A stretch of DNA of 64,000 nucleotides, taken from Octopus sinensis. Lineage: Eukaryota. The notes below the pieces were generated by a model. It was not told the origin of the DNA, searched no databases, and saw only the letters and a list, made by a program, of their open reading frames with translations. A program made the position numbers and the translations under genes. The stretch is taken from assembly GCF_006345805.1 (NCBI RefSeq), contig NC_043007.1:1798001-1862000 (forward strand), read 5' to 3'. Of the stretch, positions 25,918 to 38,151 are shown piece by piece; position 1 is the stretch's first letter; every line of letters begins with the position of its first letter.

Positions 25918-26979
25918 GAGGTAGGGGTCCACCAAGGCTCAGTACTCAGCCCCCTCCTATTTATCATAGTCCTCCAGGCAATAACGGAGGAATTCAAGAC
26001 AGGATGCCCTTGGGAGCTCCTCTATGCTGATGACCTTGCTCTAATTGCTGAGTCGCTATCAGAACTGGAGGAGAAGTTTCAGGTGTGGAAACAAGGATTA
26101 GAATCGAAGGGCCTCAGAGTCAATCTAGCTAAAACCAAAGTCGTAATCAGTAGGAAGGTAGACAAATCACAAACACCTTCAGGTAGATGGCCCTGCTCGA
26201 TCTGTAGAAAAGGTGTAGGTAGAAACTCTATAAGATGCACCAAGTGTAAGCTATGGACACATAAGAGATGCAGCAATGTCAAAGGAAGACTAACTAGGAA
26301 GATGGTTTTTGTATGTGGCAGATGCTCAGGAACAATAAACACTGAAAATGCTCTGAGACCAACTTCCGTCACTTTCCAGGGAGAAAAACTAGAAATAGTT
26401 GATAGTTTCCGTTACCTAGGTGACCAAGTCAGCAGCGGGGGCGGGTGTGCTGAAAGTGTAACTGCTAGAGTAAGAATAGCTTGGGCAAAGTTCAGAGAGC
26501 TCTTACCTCTGCTGGTGACAAAAGGCCTCTCGCACAGAGTGAAAGGCAGACTGTATGATGCGTGTGTACGAACAGCCATGCTACATGGCAGTGAAACATG
26601 GGCCGTGACTGCTGAGGATATGCGTAAGCTCGCTAGAAATGAAGCCAGTATGCTCCGATGGATGTGTAATGCCGGTACTCACACTCGGCAGAGTGTAAGT
26701 ACCTTGAGAGAAAAGCTGGACCTAAGAAGCATCAGTTGTGGTGTGCAAGAGAGACGTTTGCGCTGGTATGGTCATGTGGCGAGAATGGATGAAGATAGTT
26801 GTGTGAAAAAGTGCCACACCCTAGCGGTTGAGGGAACCTGTGGAAGAGGCAGACCCAGGAAAACCTGGGACGAGGTGGTGAAGCACGACCTTCGAACTTT
26901 AGGTCTCACTGAGGAAATGACTAGAGACCGAGACCTCTGGAAGTGTGCTGTGCGCGAGAAGACCCGGCAGGACAAGTGA
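25918..26979 (+). CDS. Partial LINE ORF2: reverse transcriptase C-terminal half with PHD-like C4HC3 finger
   Basis: The frame of the tracked ORF stays open upstream: EVGVHQGSVLSPLLF...ELLYADDLAL (QG-SP and YADD motifs), FRYLG, LHGSETW, LRWYGHVARM, GRGRPRKTW. No internal stop; 5'-truncated, so there is no true start. Confidence 0.9.
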   Translation, partial: EVGVHQGSVLSPLLFIIVLQAITEEFKTGCPWELLYADDLALIAESLSELEEKFQVWKQGLESKGLRVNLAKTKVVISRKVDKSQTPSGRWPCSICRKGVGRNSIRCTKCKLWTHKRCSNVKGRLTRKMVFVCGRCSGTINTENALRPTSVTFQGEKLEIVDSFRYLGDQVSSGGGCAESVTARVRIAWAKFRELLPLLVTKGLSHRVKGRLYDACVRTAMLHGSETWAVTAEDMRKLARNEASMLRWMCNAGTHTRQSVSTLREKLDLRSISCGVQERRLRWYGHVARMDEDSCVKKCHTLAVEGTCGRGRPRKTWDEVVKHDLRTLGLTEEMTRDRDLWKCAVREKTRQDK

Positions 26980-27589
26980 GTCCACAACCCGTGGCCTTCT
27001 ACATGGGATGGAGCCAGCCTACGTATGCATACCTTCCCTTCTTGGGACACAAAGCTCTACTTGTGAAGACGTGTTGAGGCAAGTGAGGATCAGAATCGAA
27101 ATCGATCAATGGAAATTGCGGATGTGCTACCAGTGCCGGTGGCATGTCGAAACTCTGCTTGTGAAGACCCATTGAGGCAAGTGAGGATCAGAATCGAAAT
27201 CGATCAATGGAAATCGATCAATGGAAATTGCAGATGTGTTACCAGTGCCGGTGGCATGTAAGAGAACTTTCCGTTTCGCGACCGTTGCCAGCACCGCCCC
27301 GTTTCGTGTCCGTTGCCAGCCTCGCCTGGCCCTCGTGCTGGTGGCACATAAAAAGCACCATCCGTTCGTGGCCGTTTGCCAGCTCTGTCTGGCACCAGTG
27401 CGGGTGGCACGTAAAAAGCACCCACTACACTCACGGAGTGGTTGGCGTTAGGAAGGGCATCCAGCCGTAGAAACACTGCCAGATTTGACTGGGCCTGATG
27501 AAGCCTTCTGGCTTCACAGACCCCAGTAGAACCGTCCAACCCATGCTAGCATGGAAAACGGACGCTAAATGATGATGATGATGATGATG
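25918..27589 (+). mobile_element. 5'-truncated RTE-clade LINE with 3' UTR, (GAT)n tail and probable TSD ACAGTTA
   Basis: RT ORF, a 3' UTR with an internal ~100-bp duplication (27053-27260) and a (GAT)n tail. ACAGTTA occurs at 25911-25917 and 27590-27596. Confidence 0.92.
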
Positions 27590-28219
27590 ACAGTTATAGA
27601 GGGAAATTAAACAGATCTGGAATATTGGTGTTTAGAAGCACTAGATTTGTACTGTGGAAAGTATTGATCTTTGGGCGGGAATCAAAACGGTTGTCCTCTA
27701 ATTTACATTTGACTCTGTAATTACTAGCTTTTAAGGACACTCGCTGATAACAGCTGCATCGACCGTATTTGATATCAGATGTTGGCCACTGTACAAACAC
27801 AGCAGAAGTTTACTGCGGTGCATTGTAATTAGTCATTTATGATATCCACCAAGGACAGCAATGTCAACAGGTATTTCCTCAGAGTCATCAGGTAAGATTA
27901 CAACATAAACATTCAAATTAGAAATTATATTAGGATAATCAATAATCAATAATCTTCACATCTAATATGAATTCAGAACTTCATTGTTGTTTTTTTTCTG
28001 TTTCTTTTTTTCATTTCCATTGATGTGCCACGGCTATAGTGCCAGTTTTTTATTTTGTTTTTCATTTGGTAAAAAAACAGAAATTATGTAATCTTTTTAT
28101 AATTGTCTTAAATTTCTCTGAATTAATAATTGAATAATATAATTCATTAATAAAGAAAGCGTGGGGAAAGCTGGCTGTCCATTTGGATTCAGTTGTAAAT
28201 ATGTATGTTTATGTTGTAG

Positions 28220-28263
<44 letters not shown>

Positions 28264-28313
28264 TGTGTAGGTTTTCATGTTAAAAATTATTGCACAATGT
28301 AGTTTATGAATAT

Positions 28314-28560
28314 ACTAGCTGACCCCCATGCCATCAAAAATGATGGCTAATCATAGTATTTTATATAGAAAACGGGTATAAAAAGGTGAAAAAAAAAAAA
28401 ATCAAACTGTTCTATAACTCTGTGTGATTGTGAGTGTGTGTACATTTATATGTATGAGTAGCACAGTCAGTAGCGAACGCGGTTTTCTATACTTTGTCAC
28501 AGCCTGCTCCCTTAAACATAAGTTTAAATAATAAACTGTGATAGGTGAACTGCGATAAGG
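28314..28560 (-). mobile_element. Possible Helitron 3' end (hairpin followed by CTAG)
   Basis: Hairpin GCCATCA-AAAA-TGATGGC at 28330-28347 lies about 11 nt before CTAG|T on the minus strand. No clear 5' TC end was found, so the far boundary is approximate. Confidence 0.4.
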
Positions 28561-28584
28561 TAGGGTTAGTGTGCATATATATAT

Positions 28585-28850
28585 ATCATCATCATCATCT
28601 AATGTCTGCTTTCCATGCTGGCATGGGTTGACTGAGGGCTGGCAAGCCAGATGGCTGCACCAGGCTCCAATCTGATCTGGCAAAGTTTCTACAGCTGGAT
28701 GCCCTTCCTAATGCCAACCACTCTGAGAGTGTAGTGGCTGCTTCTACGTGCCACTGGCATGAGGGCCAGTCAGGTGGTACTGGCATCGGCCACGCTCAAA
28801 TGGTGCTTTTTATGTGCCACCTGCACAGGAGCCAGTCCAGCGTCACTGGC
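28585..28850 (-). mobile_element. RTE-3'-end-related short element
   Basis: Reverse complement of the family, starting with (CAT)n. Confidence 0.7.
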
Positions 28851-29222
28851 AACACACATCATCATATATCTAACTTCTATTACTTGCATGGGCCGGACGG
28901 ACCTTGTTGAGGTAGATTTTCTGTGGTTGGATGCTTACCCATGCCTCTTTCCAAGAAAGGTGATGTGTTTACGAGGCAGAATATATTTTTGTTTCACTGA
29001 AGACTGGAAACAAACAGCATTTCTTGCATGAGGGCAGCGTTCATTTACAACCATCCAATGATGTCGAGACAAGAGTATACACACTCATGCTCACCTAAAA
29101 CACACACACACTCACACACACACATGCACACACTCACACACACTCACTCACTCACACACACACGTTCACACACACACACACTTGCACACACATACACACA
29201 CACTCACTCAATCACACACATG

Positions 29223-29257
<35 letters not shown>

Positions 29258-29746
29258 GTGCACATAATCGCCTCATTTCAGTTTCCAACTACAAATCCAT
29301 TAACAGTGCTTCAATTGTCCTGGGACTATAGCAGAAGGTGTTTGTGATGCGTCTGGTGCTGTGGGACTGAACCCAAGACCACGTTATTGGGAAGTGGTTT
29401 CCTTAACCATACAGCCATGCCTACACCTTGCAAGCTTCTTAACCATTTATATTATAAACACTTGCCTAATAGGCTTATGCAGTTGAGACACTAAACAGAC
29501 GTTGAATGAATGACTCAAAGACTATTTCGAAAAAGTTGAAATAATATTCAATATTCATAGCAACTGTTTACTTTGCAATGTTCTGCTGCTAAAACTGTCT
29601 TCTCATAGCAGGCTGTTTGGAGGAGTTAGTTTTCATGTCAGAACTTTGAAGTAAATAGTCACTATTAATATTAGAAAAATTTACATATATATATACATAC
29701 ATACATACATACATACATACATACATACATACATACATGCATACAT

Positions 29747-29828
<82 letters not shown>

Positions 29829-30191
29829 GAATATATATACATATAAATATATATATATACATATAAATATATATATGTATGTGTACATATGTATATGAAT
29901 ATATATATATATATGAATAGCGGTTCGGCAAAAAGAGACCGATAGAATAAGTACTGGGCTTACAAAAAGAATAAGTCCCGGGGTGATTTGCTCGACTAAA
30001 GGTGGTGCTCCAGCATGGCCGCAGTCAAATGACTGAAACAAGTAAAAGAGTAAAAGAGAAAAGAGAGATATATACATATAAATATATATGTGTGTATGTG
30101 TATATCATGTGCAACTCGTAACACCAGTCGTCTTTTTTCTCTTTCCCTGTTGCCCGCTCTGGGTCTTCTTTCCTCTCTCTTCCTTCTTTAT

Positions 30192-30226
30192 GTTTCCGAC
30201 GAAGAGCTCCGCTCGAAACGTCATAC
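30192..30226 (+). ncRNA. Degenerate or variant Penelope-type minimal hammerhead motif
   Basis: GTTT-CCGACGA-A-GAGC-TCC-GCTC-GAAA-CG-TC-ATAC. U4 is replaced by C and stem I is imperfect. Confidence 0.45.
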
Positions 30227-30350
30227 CTCCCTGCTTCCATTTCCTGAGCGCTATTAATAATAATATGTAATTGGTCCGTAAGTTCCATTGTTGTGTTTTT
30301 TTGTTTCCGGTTGGATTAAAAACATATAGATATATATATATATTATATAG

Positions 30351-30413
<63 letters not shown>

Positions 30414-30578
30414 GTGTATATATATATATACATATATATATATGAATATATATACATATAAATATATGTGTATATATATATATACATATATATATATGAA
30501 TAATATACATATAAATATAATATATCTATATATATATATAATATATGATATATATATAATATGAATATATACATATAA

Positions 30579-30611
<33 letters not shown>

Positions 30612-30828
30612 GAATATATATAAATATAAAAGTATGGTATATATATATATAATTATATTATATAGATATATATATATATTATATATGTATGTATATATAT
30701 ATATATATATATATTACATTATATATATATATAATTAATCAATATAGGGTGGCAAAAAATTGTAGAATTTTTTGCCACCAGCGGCCTAGTGGGAAAAATT
30801 AAATAGTCATGACCATTTTTAAGTTCAA

Positions 30829-31016
30829 CATCACAATCAAGAAACGGCCATAATAGGCCATTTCACCCACTAGAAATAACAGCCAAAGCTTCAACCGCAC
30901 AAAATAACATTAACTCCGTTCTCCTGGTTTACGGAATTAATGTTATTTTGCGGTTGAAGCTTTGGCTGTTATTTCTAGTGGGTGAATGGCCTATTATGGC
31001 CGTTCCTTGATTGTGA

Positions 31017-31018
<2 letters not shown>
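30829..31018. repeat. Long inverted repeat (~90-bp arms, 11-nt loop) inside (TA)n
   Basis: 30829-30919 pairs with 30931-31018, with 2 mismatches and 2 small bulges. Confidence 0.92.
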
Positions 31019-31062
<44 letters not shown>

Positions 31063-31404
31063 GGCTTGATAGATATATAAATATGGATATAAACACATAC
31101 AATAAGGTCAATAAACATTTGCTGCAGATGCACACACACATGCACACGTGTGTGTGTGTGTGTGCATTAAAGCTGTTGGTCACAGCTGCAATTAAACTGG
31201 CAGCCACATGTTATTTGCAAATGTGGATGTTGTTTCTCCTATCTTTTTTATCTTTTTTATCAAGATGAACCAAGGTAGAATATATTTTGGTTTGGCAACG
31301 GTTGCTGGGGGAAGCCTACTGTAAAAGTTCAGTTGGCTCTCAACAAAGAATTCTGTTGTTGGAACTCCAACACCCCAGAGCCAACTTCTTAACCTATGTA
31401 CATA

Positions 31405-31821
31405 TGTGTGTGTGTATGTGTGTGTGTATCTATGTGTGTGTGCGTGTGTGTGTGTGTGTATTTGTGTGTGTGTGTGTATGTGTGTGTGTATATTTGTGTG
31501 TGTGTGTATCTGTGTGTGTGTGTATCTGTGTGTGTGTGTATGTGTATCTGTGTGTGTATATGTGTGTGTGTCTGTGTATCTGTGTGTGTGTGTATCTGTG
31601 TGTGTGTATGTGTGTGTGTATCTGTGTGTGTGTGTGTATCTGTGTGTGTATCTGTGTATGTCTGTGTATCTGTGTGTGGTGTGTGTATTTGTGTATGTGT
31701 ATGTATCTGTGTGTGTGTATCTGTGTGTGTGTATCTGTGTGTGTATATCTGTGTGTGTGTATCTGTGTACATGTGTGTATCTGTGTGTGTCTGTGTATTT
31801 GTGTGTGTGTGTATGTATCTG

Positions 31822-31855
<34 letters not shown>

Positions 31856-31860
31856 GGAGA
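31405..31860. repeat. Degenerate (GT)n with GTATCT interruptions, then (GA)n
   Basis: Read directly from sequence. Confidence 0.95.
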
Positions 31861-33037
31861 GCCACAGGGAAAGAGAGAGGAACAGAAAGCCATGAGGTTT
31901 ATCCATGTCAAGTATCATTTCTCAATGCATGAAACCATTGATAGAAGTCAGTTCACTTCATTCAAAGCAGTTTACATTTAAGACGAATGTTCCTATGGGA
32001 TGTTGTAATCTTAATACAGATTTACATTTGTGATGAAAAGCTAATTTATTAATTTCATTCTGTTGTTTGATTAATTGACAGACACTAATTAGGCTGGATT
32101 TCTTAACCTATTGCCAGGAATTGGAGTCTTCTCTTTGGTTTTTGCATTACATAATTAGTCGAGGCTCGTTAAAAGCTGTAACTCTAATCTGGTTTGCTTA
32201 ACCACTTCCATTCCACTGTATGAAACAAGCTAATAAAGAAACAGAACATCTATGTGGCCGTCGTAGTTGTTGTTGTAGTAGTTATTGTTCTTCTTTAGCT
32301 TGAGGCTTGATTTGAATTAGCTGACCGCCAACCTAGTGCATTCTAGAAGTGACCATTTGGCTGTTTTATGAAGGGTCCCGAAGGCCACATTATCCAGTGT
32401 GTCTGTTTTTGAAGATGGCAATAATGTGATTTGAAAGTAATTTGGCTGATATTTCTAGCGAGACCAGTGACACTTTTATTAGAGGCAAATTTATTGGACC
32501 AACTCTACTTGCTAGAAAGAGCAGCTAGATTTCCTTTGAATGGTACTTTGTATTGTGCACTGTTCAATTTTAAAATATTTTTGGGTTATAAATGTCAATG
32601 ATTTGACGCACTGGGGTCAGTATAATCGACTTAATCCGTTTGTCTGTCCTTGTTTGTCCCCTCTGTGTTTAGCCCCTTGTGGGTAGTAAAGAAATAGGTA
32701 ATAATTTGGTTACTTTTTGGCCTCAACATGTAAATCTACAGACATAATTGTCTCACAGTTGAATATTCTTCAAAATTCTTGTAAATAGTTTAGCTTTCAG
32801 TTGCTTCTTATTCCATTTCTTAGTTCCATTCTTTTATTTGCATCCAATTTAGTAATTTCTTCACTTTTCAGTCTGGCATTCTACAAATTATCCGGCTGCA
32901 TTTCTACTGAGCCACTCGCTTTGATGTTTCCCCGCCACGTCCTATTGATTGGTCATGACAGCGTCTCCTGATTTAATTTAAATCCCAGCAGCTATTTGGT
33001 CCTGGACCATTATCAGTTTTCACGAGCCTCTTATCTA

Positions 33038-33192
33038 GTAGTAGTAGTAGAAGCATAAGTAGTAATAAGGGTGGTGATGGTGGTAGTGGTGAGGGTGGTG
33101 GCAGCAGCAGTAGTAGTAGTAGTAATAGTAGTAGTAGTAGTAGCGGTGGTGGTGCTGCTGCTATTGGTAGTAGTGGTTGTGTTGGTAGTAGC

Positions 33193-33231
<39 letters not shown>

Positions 33232-33293
33232 GGTGGTGGGCTGCTGCTACTATTGGTAGTAGTGGTTGTGGTGGTGGTAGTAGTAGTAGTAGC

Positions 33294-33329
<36 letters not shown>

Positions 33330-33405
33330 GGTGGTGGTGGTGGTGGTGCTGCTGCTGCTATTGGTAGTAGTGGTTGTGGTGGTAGTAGTAGTAGTAGTAG
33401 TAGTA
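33038..33405. repeat. Compound (GTA)n/(GTG)n/(GCT)n microsatellite with higher-order period
   Basis: Read directly; the marker CTGCTGCT.CTATTGGTAGTAGTGGTTGTG occurs three times. Confidence 0.9.
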
Positions 33406-33877
33406 ACCTTTGCTTAGGAATTTTGTTGACTTCAGAAGATGGATTTTTTTTTAACCCCTTGCAGAGAGATTTAGTATGGACAGTCTGTGCTGTGTACCAG
33501 TTCTTGGCCTTCCAGTAACTACATAATTTTACACACAAGGAATTTTACAGTGTATTTAGAGACTTTTTCTCAGTGCGGCAAGTATTTAGTTGTTCCATCA
33601 ACTGGACTACTAACTTTACTGTATTATAAGGGGTTGAGTATTCCTCTGACATGTGGAATCGATGTGACATAGTTTGACGAATGTGGACCTTTTAATTACA
33701 GATTCAATCCATCTGCTAGGATTCCGTACAGTTTCTGCCTGTCTGATTTCGCACACAGAATAAAGAGTGACCCGAGGCTGTTGAAAATGGCACTTGGTCA
33801 AGATGTCACACAGTACGATCAAACCTGGGACCTTGTGGTTACAGAGAAAAATTCTTTACTGCTTGACCATACTGTGC

Positions 33878-33936
<59 letters not shown>

Positions 33937-34155
33937 AATACCAGGTTCCACAATCAAAAATCAATTATAATCATTTATAAGCAGAAGTGCCACGTGGCTG
34001 AATTGAACCCCCAGCCACGGGGTTCCCACTACCAACTGCTTAACCACACAACCGCGCCTAGTCAAAGTGTCCATTTCAGTCTTCCAATTAATAACTGTTT
34101 ACAGCTTTACTAAGATATGTAACACTAACAAGAACAGCATGTGTCCTTGCTGCTG

Positions 34156-34196
<41 letters not shown>

Positions 34197-34670
34197 GCTA
34201 TTACTAACAATAAGATGCGTTCATTATTTATGCATTTCTTTTCTTCTTTTTTTTTCTGTTTTTTTTTACCTTTTTCTTTTGTTTGTTTGCTTGGTTTTAC
34301 TTATGAAGTCTTAGAGTTATCAGGAAGTTGTAACGTTCTTATCGTTCATTAGTTAAGAATATAAATGAAATTACCGTGAATTGGGAAGCCAGACAATTTG
34401 GAAATGTTGGGGGGGGGGGGGAAACGATGGCTATAAAAGCTGACTGCTGTACGAATAACAAGAAAAGAAAAGAAAAGAAAGACAAAAAAGACAAAAAGAA
34501 AAGAGATTCTTAATTCGGTGTAAAACTGGAGGCTAGTTAAATGTTTAAAGTGAGACAGCGTTAATGGCCAAGTCATCAGCGGAGAGTCTGGAGTTAAGTG
34601 AGTTTTCATTTTTGCTCTTTCACTGGTTTTGATCACTTGTCTGTGGCCAAGCTGGAGCTCTGTCCTTTGA

Positions 34671-35061
34671 AAGTTTAGTTGACCATAAGTTGGTCATTAG
34701 TTTAGTTGGTCATAAGTTGGTCATAAGCTGGTCATAAGTTGACCATAAGTTTAGCTGGTCATAAGTTGGTCATAGGTTGGTCATAAGTTTAGTTGGCTAT
34801 AAGTTTAGTTGGTCATAAGTTTAGCTGGTCATAAGTTGGTCATAAGTTTAGTTGGCCATAAGTTGGTCATTAGTTTAGTTAGTCATAAGTTGGTCATAAG
34901 CTGGTCATAAGTTGATCATATGTTTAGTTGGTCATAAGTTTGTCATAAGTTTAGTTGGCCATAAGTTGGTCATAATTTTAGTTGGTCCTAAGTTGGTCAT
35001 AAGTTTAGTTGGTCATAAGTTTTGTTGGTCATAAGCTGGTCGTAAATTTAGTTGGTCATAA
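34671..35061. repeat. Minisatellite of GTTGGTCATAA (11 bp) with interspersed GTTTA (5 bp) modules
   Basis: Read directly from sequence. Confidence 0.9.
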
Positions 35062-36041
35062 CAACCCACTAAACCGATTTCATTCCGGTATTTCATTTAT
35101 TACTGCAGACATAAAGCCTGGTGGTTATGGTGTTTTACAGTTGAGTGACTTATCCTTTTACTTTTTGGTTACTTTCAGTCATTAGTCAGTGGCCATGCTG
35201 GAGCGCTAAACTTCAGTGGTTTCGTCCATCATATCAACTCCCAATATTTATTTCCCTCTGGTATTTATTTTATTAGTGAAGGCACGTGGCCCAGTGGTTA
35301 AGGTGTCTGGCTTGCAATCATTAAGTCGTGAGCTCAATTCCAGGAGCAGGCAACATGTTGTATCTTTGAGTAAAGTGACTCCACTCATTTCACGTTGTTC
35401 CACTGCATTCACCCAAAACTGAGTTCTTGTGGTTCCTGAGAGTTAACTTTCATAGGAATTGGTGTCCCTACTTAAAAACAAAAGCCAGAAATAATTATTA
35501 TCTATATATAGACATAGAGATAATGCTGTTGTTGCTTAGCCTGTCAATGGTTATCTTATCTTTTTAATGGTATTTCGGACATACATTATTTGATGTATGT
35601 TGCCGTTTCCTTGTTTTTTTTTTGTTTTTTCTTCTTTTTTTTGGGAGATGGATAGATGGATGCTAGAGTATGATTAACGAGAAGTTTGGTTATTGTTTGT
35701 AAGAAGTCAAGCAATGGCTTAGAAGTTCTCCGTTTGATGTGTAATCGATCGAGGAAAATCCATAACGAATTAATATTTATGCAAATGAAAACAAAGGACT
35801 ATCTATCAAAAGTGAACAAATATGGATACCTTAGGCGTTAACGGTTGTTTTTGAAATTTTAATTACAAGCGTTTCTGAAGTAAATACATAGATGGCTTTT
35901 TAATGTGATTACCAATTTTGTGCACTATTAAATGTTTCTTGAGATGAAAAATATATCAATATTCACATTTTTGCTATGTTTCCATTAGTTTGATCACCAA
36001 TCACCATTTAGGACTTGAGGGGATTCAAACTAAGAGCATAA

Positions 36042-36188
36042 ACATTATTTACATTTGATGGATATTTGTCCTCATCTTGTTTGTTGTTAACACGTTTCGG
36101 CTGATATACCCTCCAGCCTTCATCAGGTGTCTTGGGGAAATTTCGAACCTGGGTTCTCATTCCTAAGGTATTTTTTGATGATATTATT

Positions 36189-36232
<44 letters not shown>

Positions 36233-36270
36233 TTTTATTGTTATTATTATTATAATTATTATTATTATTG
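36042..36270 (-). mobile_element. Penelope-type hammerhead element, headless copy
   Basis: Minus strand reads (AAT)n ... GACAC CTGATGA A GGCTG GAGGGTATAT CAGCC GAAA CG TGTT. The core is intact but 3 nt are missing at the cleavage site. Confidence 0.7.
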
Positions 36271-36357
36271 AAGGAAATTTAGGCTATTACTTCTAGCATA
36301 TAAATTAACCATGTTGAGGATTACTTCTCTTATGTCTTCTGCTGATTATTTTTCTTC

Positions 36358-36588
36358 TTAACCCTTTTGTTACTGTATTTATTTTGAGATGCTCTGTGTT
36401 TCTTGCAATTAATTTTAAATATAGCAAAGAATTTAGTAAAAGAACTTAGTTATCATTCAGCTAGTGTTAGGAACATAAATTGTGACTAAGGTTTGGTGGA
36501 AGATTCTAATTCAGAACTTATGAAAACCAGACATTTGTACTACAGAGCCAGAGGTGGTTCCAGCTGGGTTGGTATCAAAAGGTTTAAA
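36358..36588. mobile_element. piggyBac-like MITE
   Basis: TTAA|CCCTTTTGTTAC ... GGTATCAAAAGGT|TTAA: imperfect TIRs with TTAA ends. Confidence 0.55.
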
Positions 36589-36841
36589 GATGAGTTTAAA
36601 AGTTTCAACAATTATAATTGCATTCAATCAGTCAAGTTATCATGTGTCATAATATGAAATATTTGTTTAAGTAAAAATTCTTTGCACATGCATGCATAGA
36701 CACAGACTCTCTCTCTTGTGCCCTTACACTTGACCATATACCTACTGGAAACCTTTAAAATAATGGTATGAATATAGTTCAAACAACTTCAGATTTACTT
36801 GTATCTCAAACCATGTCATGTTTGTTGTGAAGAGTAGTAGT

Positions 36842-37025
36842 TATCATCATCATCATCATCATCATCATTTAACATCCGTTTTCCATGCTTGCAATGGTTG
36901 GATGGTTTGACTGGGGACTGGCAAGCCAGGAGGCTGCACCAGGCTCCAATCTGATCTGGCAATGTTTCTACAGCTGGATGCCCTTCCTAATGCCAACCAT
37001 TCCAAGAGTGTAGTGGGTGCTTTTT
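36842..37025 (-). mobile_element. RTE-3'-end-related short element
   Basis: (CAT)n followed by the reverse complement of the family. Confidence 0.7.
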
Positions 37026-37785
37026 GTGGAATATGAAAGCAAAGCTGTATATGGGATTGTAGAATGTTATATATATTTTTTATTTTAATTAGTGTACACC
37101 AACAAATGATAAGTTATGGAAAAGTTTACTGATTAACTGATGTACCAACATTTTCAGGGCATTGTTTCATCAACATTGGCAAGAGATTAGGATTCAGTTT
37201 GTGTTGTCGATTAGAAAAAAAATTGACAGCTGACAGATATTCATCTGGAAGTTGTGGAAATATTTATTAAATGAGAAATTTCAGTCATGGGTGAAGGTGA
37301 GAATTATGGGAATTAACGAAGGAAGTAGAAAATAAGAGAGATTAACGAGTTTGATATAACAGAGAGGAGAAAAGTGTGTTCAGTGTGTAGGAAATATTAA
37401 CTAATTCTGTTGAGACGGGAAGCCTGACGGATGAGGAGGTGGGGAGTAGTGTCAATAACTGATAAAAGACTGGAGATTACAAAGGAGCAAAAGGGCTCCA
37501 GAGACCAGACAGGCAAGTTGGAATGCAATTAAAGGGATAATTGAAGTGATGCATTACAAAATTAATAGCGTTAGCCAAACAAACAGTTTTCCAAATGCAA
37601 CAGAATTCTACGTTGCTGATAAAATGGCAGTGGAATCAAAGAGAAAACCCTCATCGATTATAGGAAAGAAAATTGAAGGCTCAGGTTAAAGAAACTTCAT
37701 TTTTGAAGTGTCTCTAACCTTTTCTGATACATATCCATCCAAGACCACCTCTGGTTATTTGGTGCAAATTTTGTGTCTAAATTAA

Positions 37786-38151
37786 TCACTGCTTGGAATA
37801 GAACTCAGAATCTTGGGGGTTTGTAGCCTGTGCTCTTAACCACTATGCCCATGGGTATATGGTGTAGTTGTTAAGAGCGCGGGCTACTAACCCAAAGATT
37901 CTGAGTTCGATTCCAGGCAATGACCTGAATAATAATAATAATAATAATGATAATAATAATAATAATAATAGTAATAACATTGAAAAATACCTGAGGAATA
38001 AGAACCCAGATTCGAAATTTCCCCAAGAGACCTGATGAAGGCTGGAGGGTATATCAACCGAAATGTTGTGTTAACAACAAACAAGAAGAGGACAAATATC
38101 CGTCAAATGTAAATAGTGTACATAATTCCTCATCTCTTAATTATAGAACTG
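37786..38151 (+). mobile_element. tRNA-headed Penelope-hammerhead element (37858-38151) preceded by an inverted copy of its head (37786-37850)
   Basis: A box TGGTGTAGTTG, B box GAGTTCGATTCC, (AAT)n, then CTGATGA A GG.TG..CA.CC GAAA TG TT GTGTT (38027-38072). Confidence 0.75.

Noticed and set aside
27490-27520. CTGATGAAGCC-TTCT-GGCT in the RTE 3' UTR
   Set aside because: No GAAA follows the stem, and other family copies read CTGGTGCAGCC.
27870-27900. Minus-strand CTGATGA-CTCTGAG-GAAA
   Set aside because: Stem II would need a 1-nt loop and there is no stem I or III complementarity, so this is a chance match.
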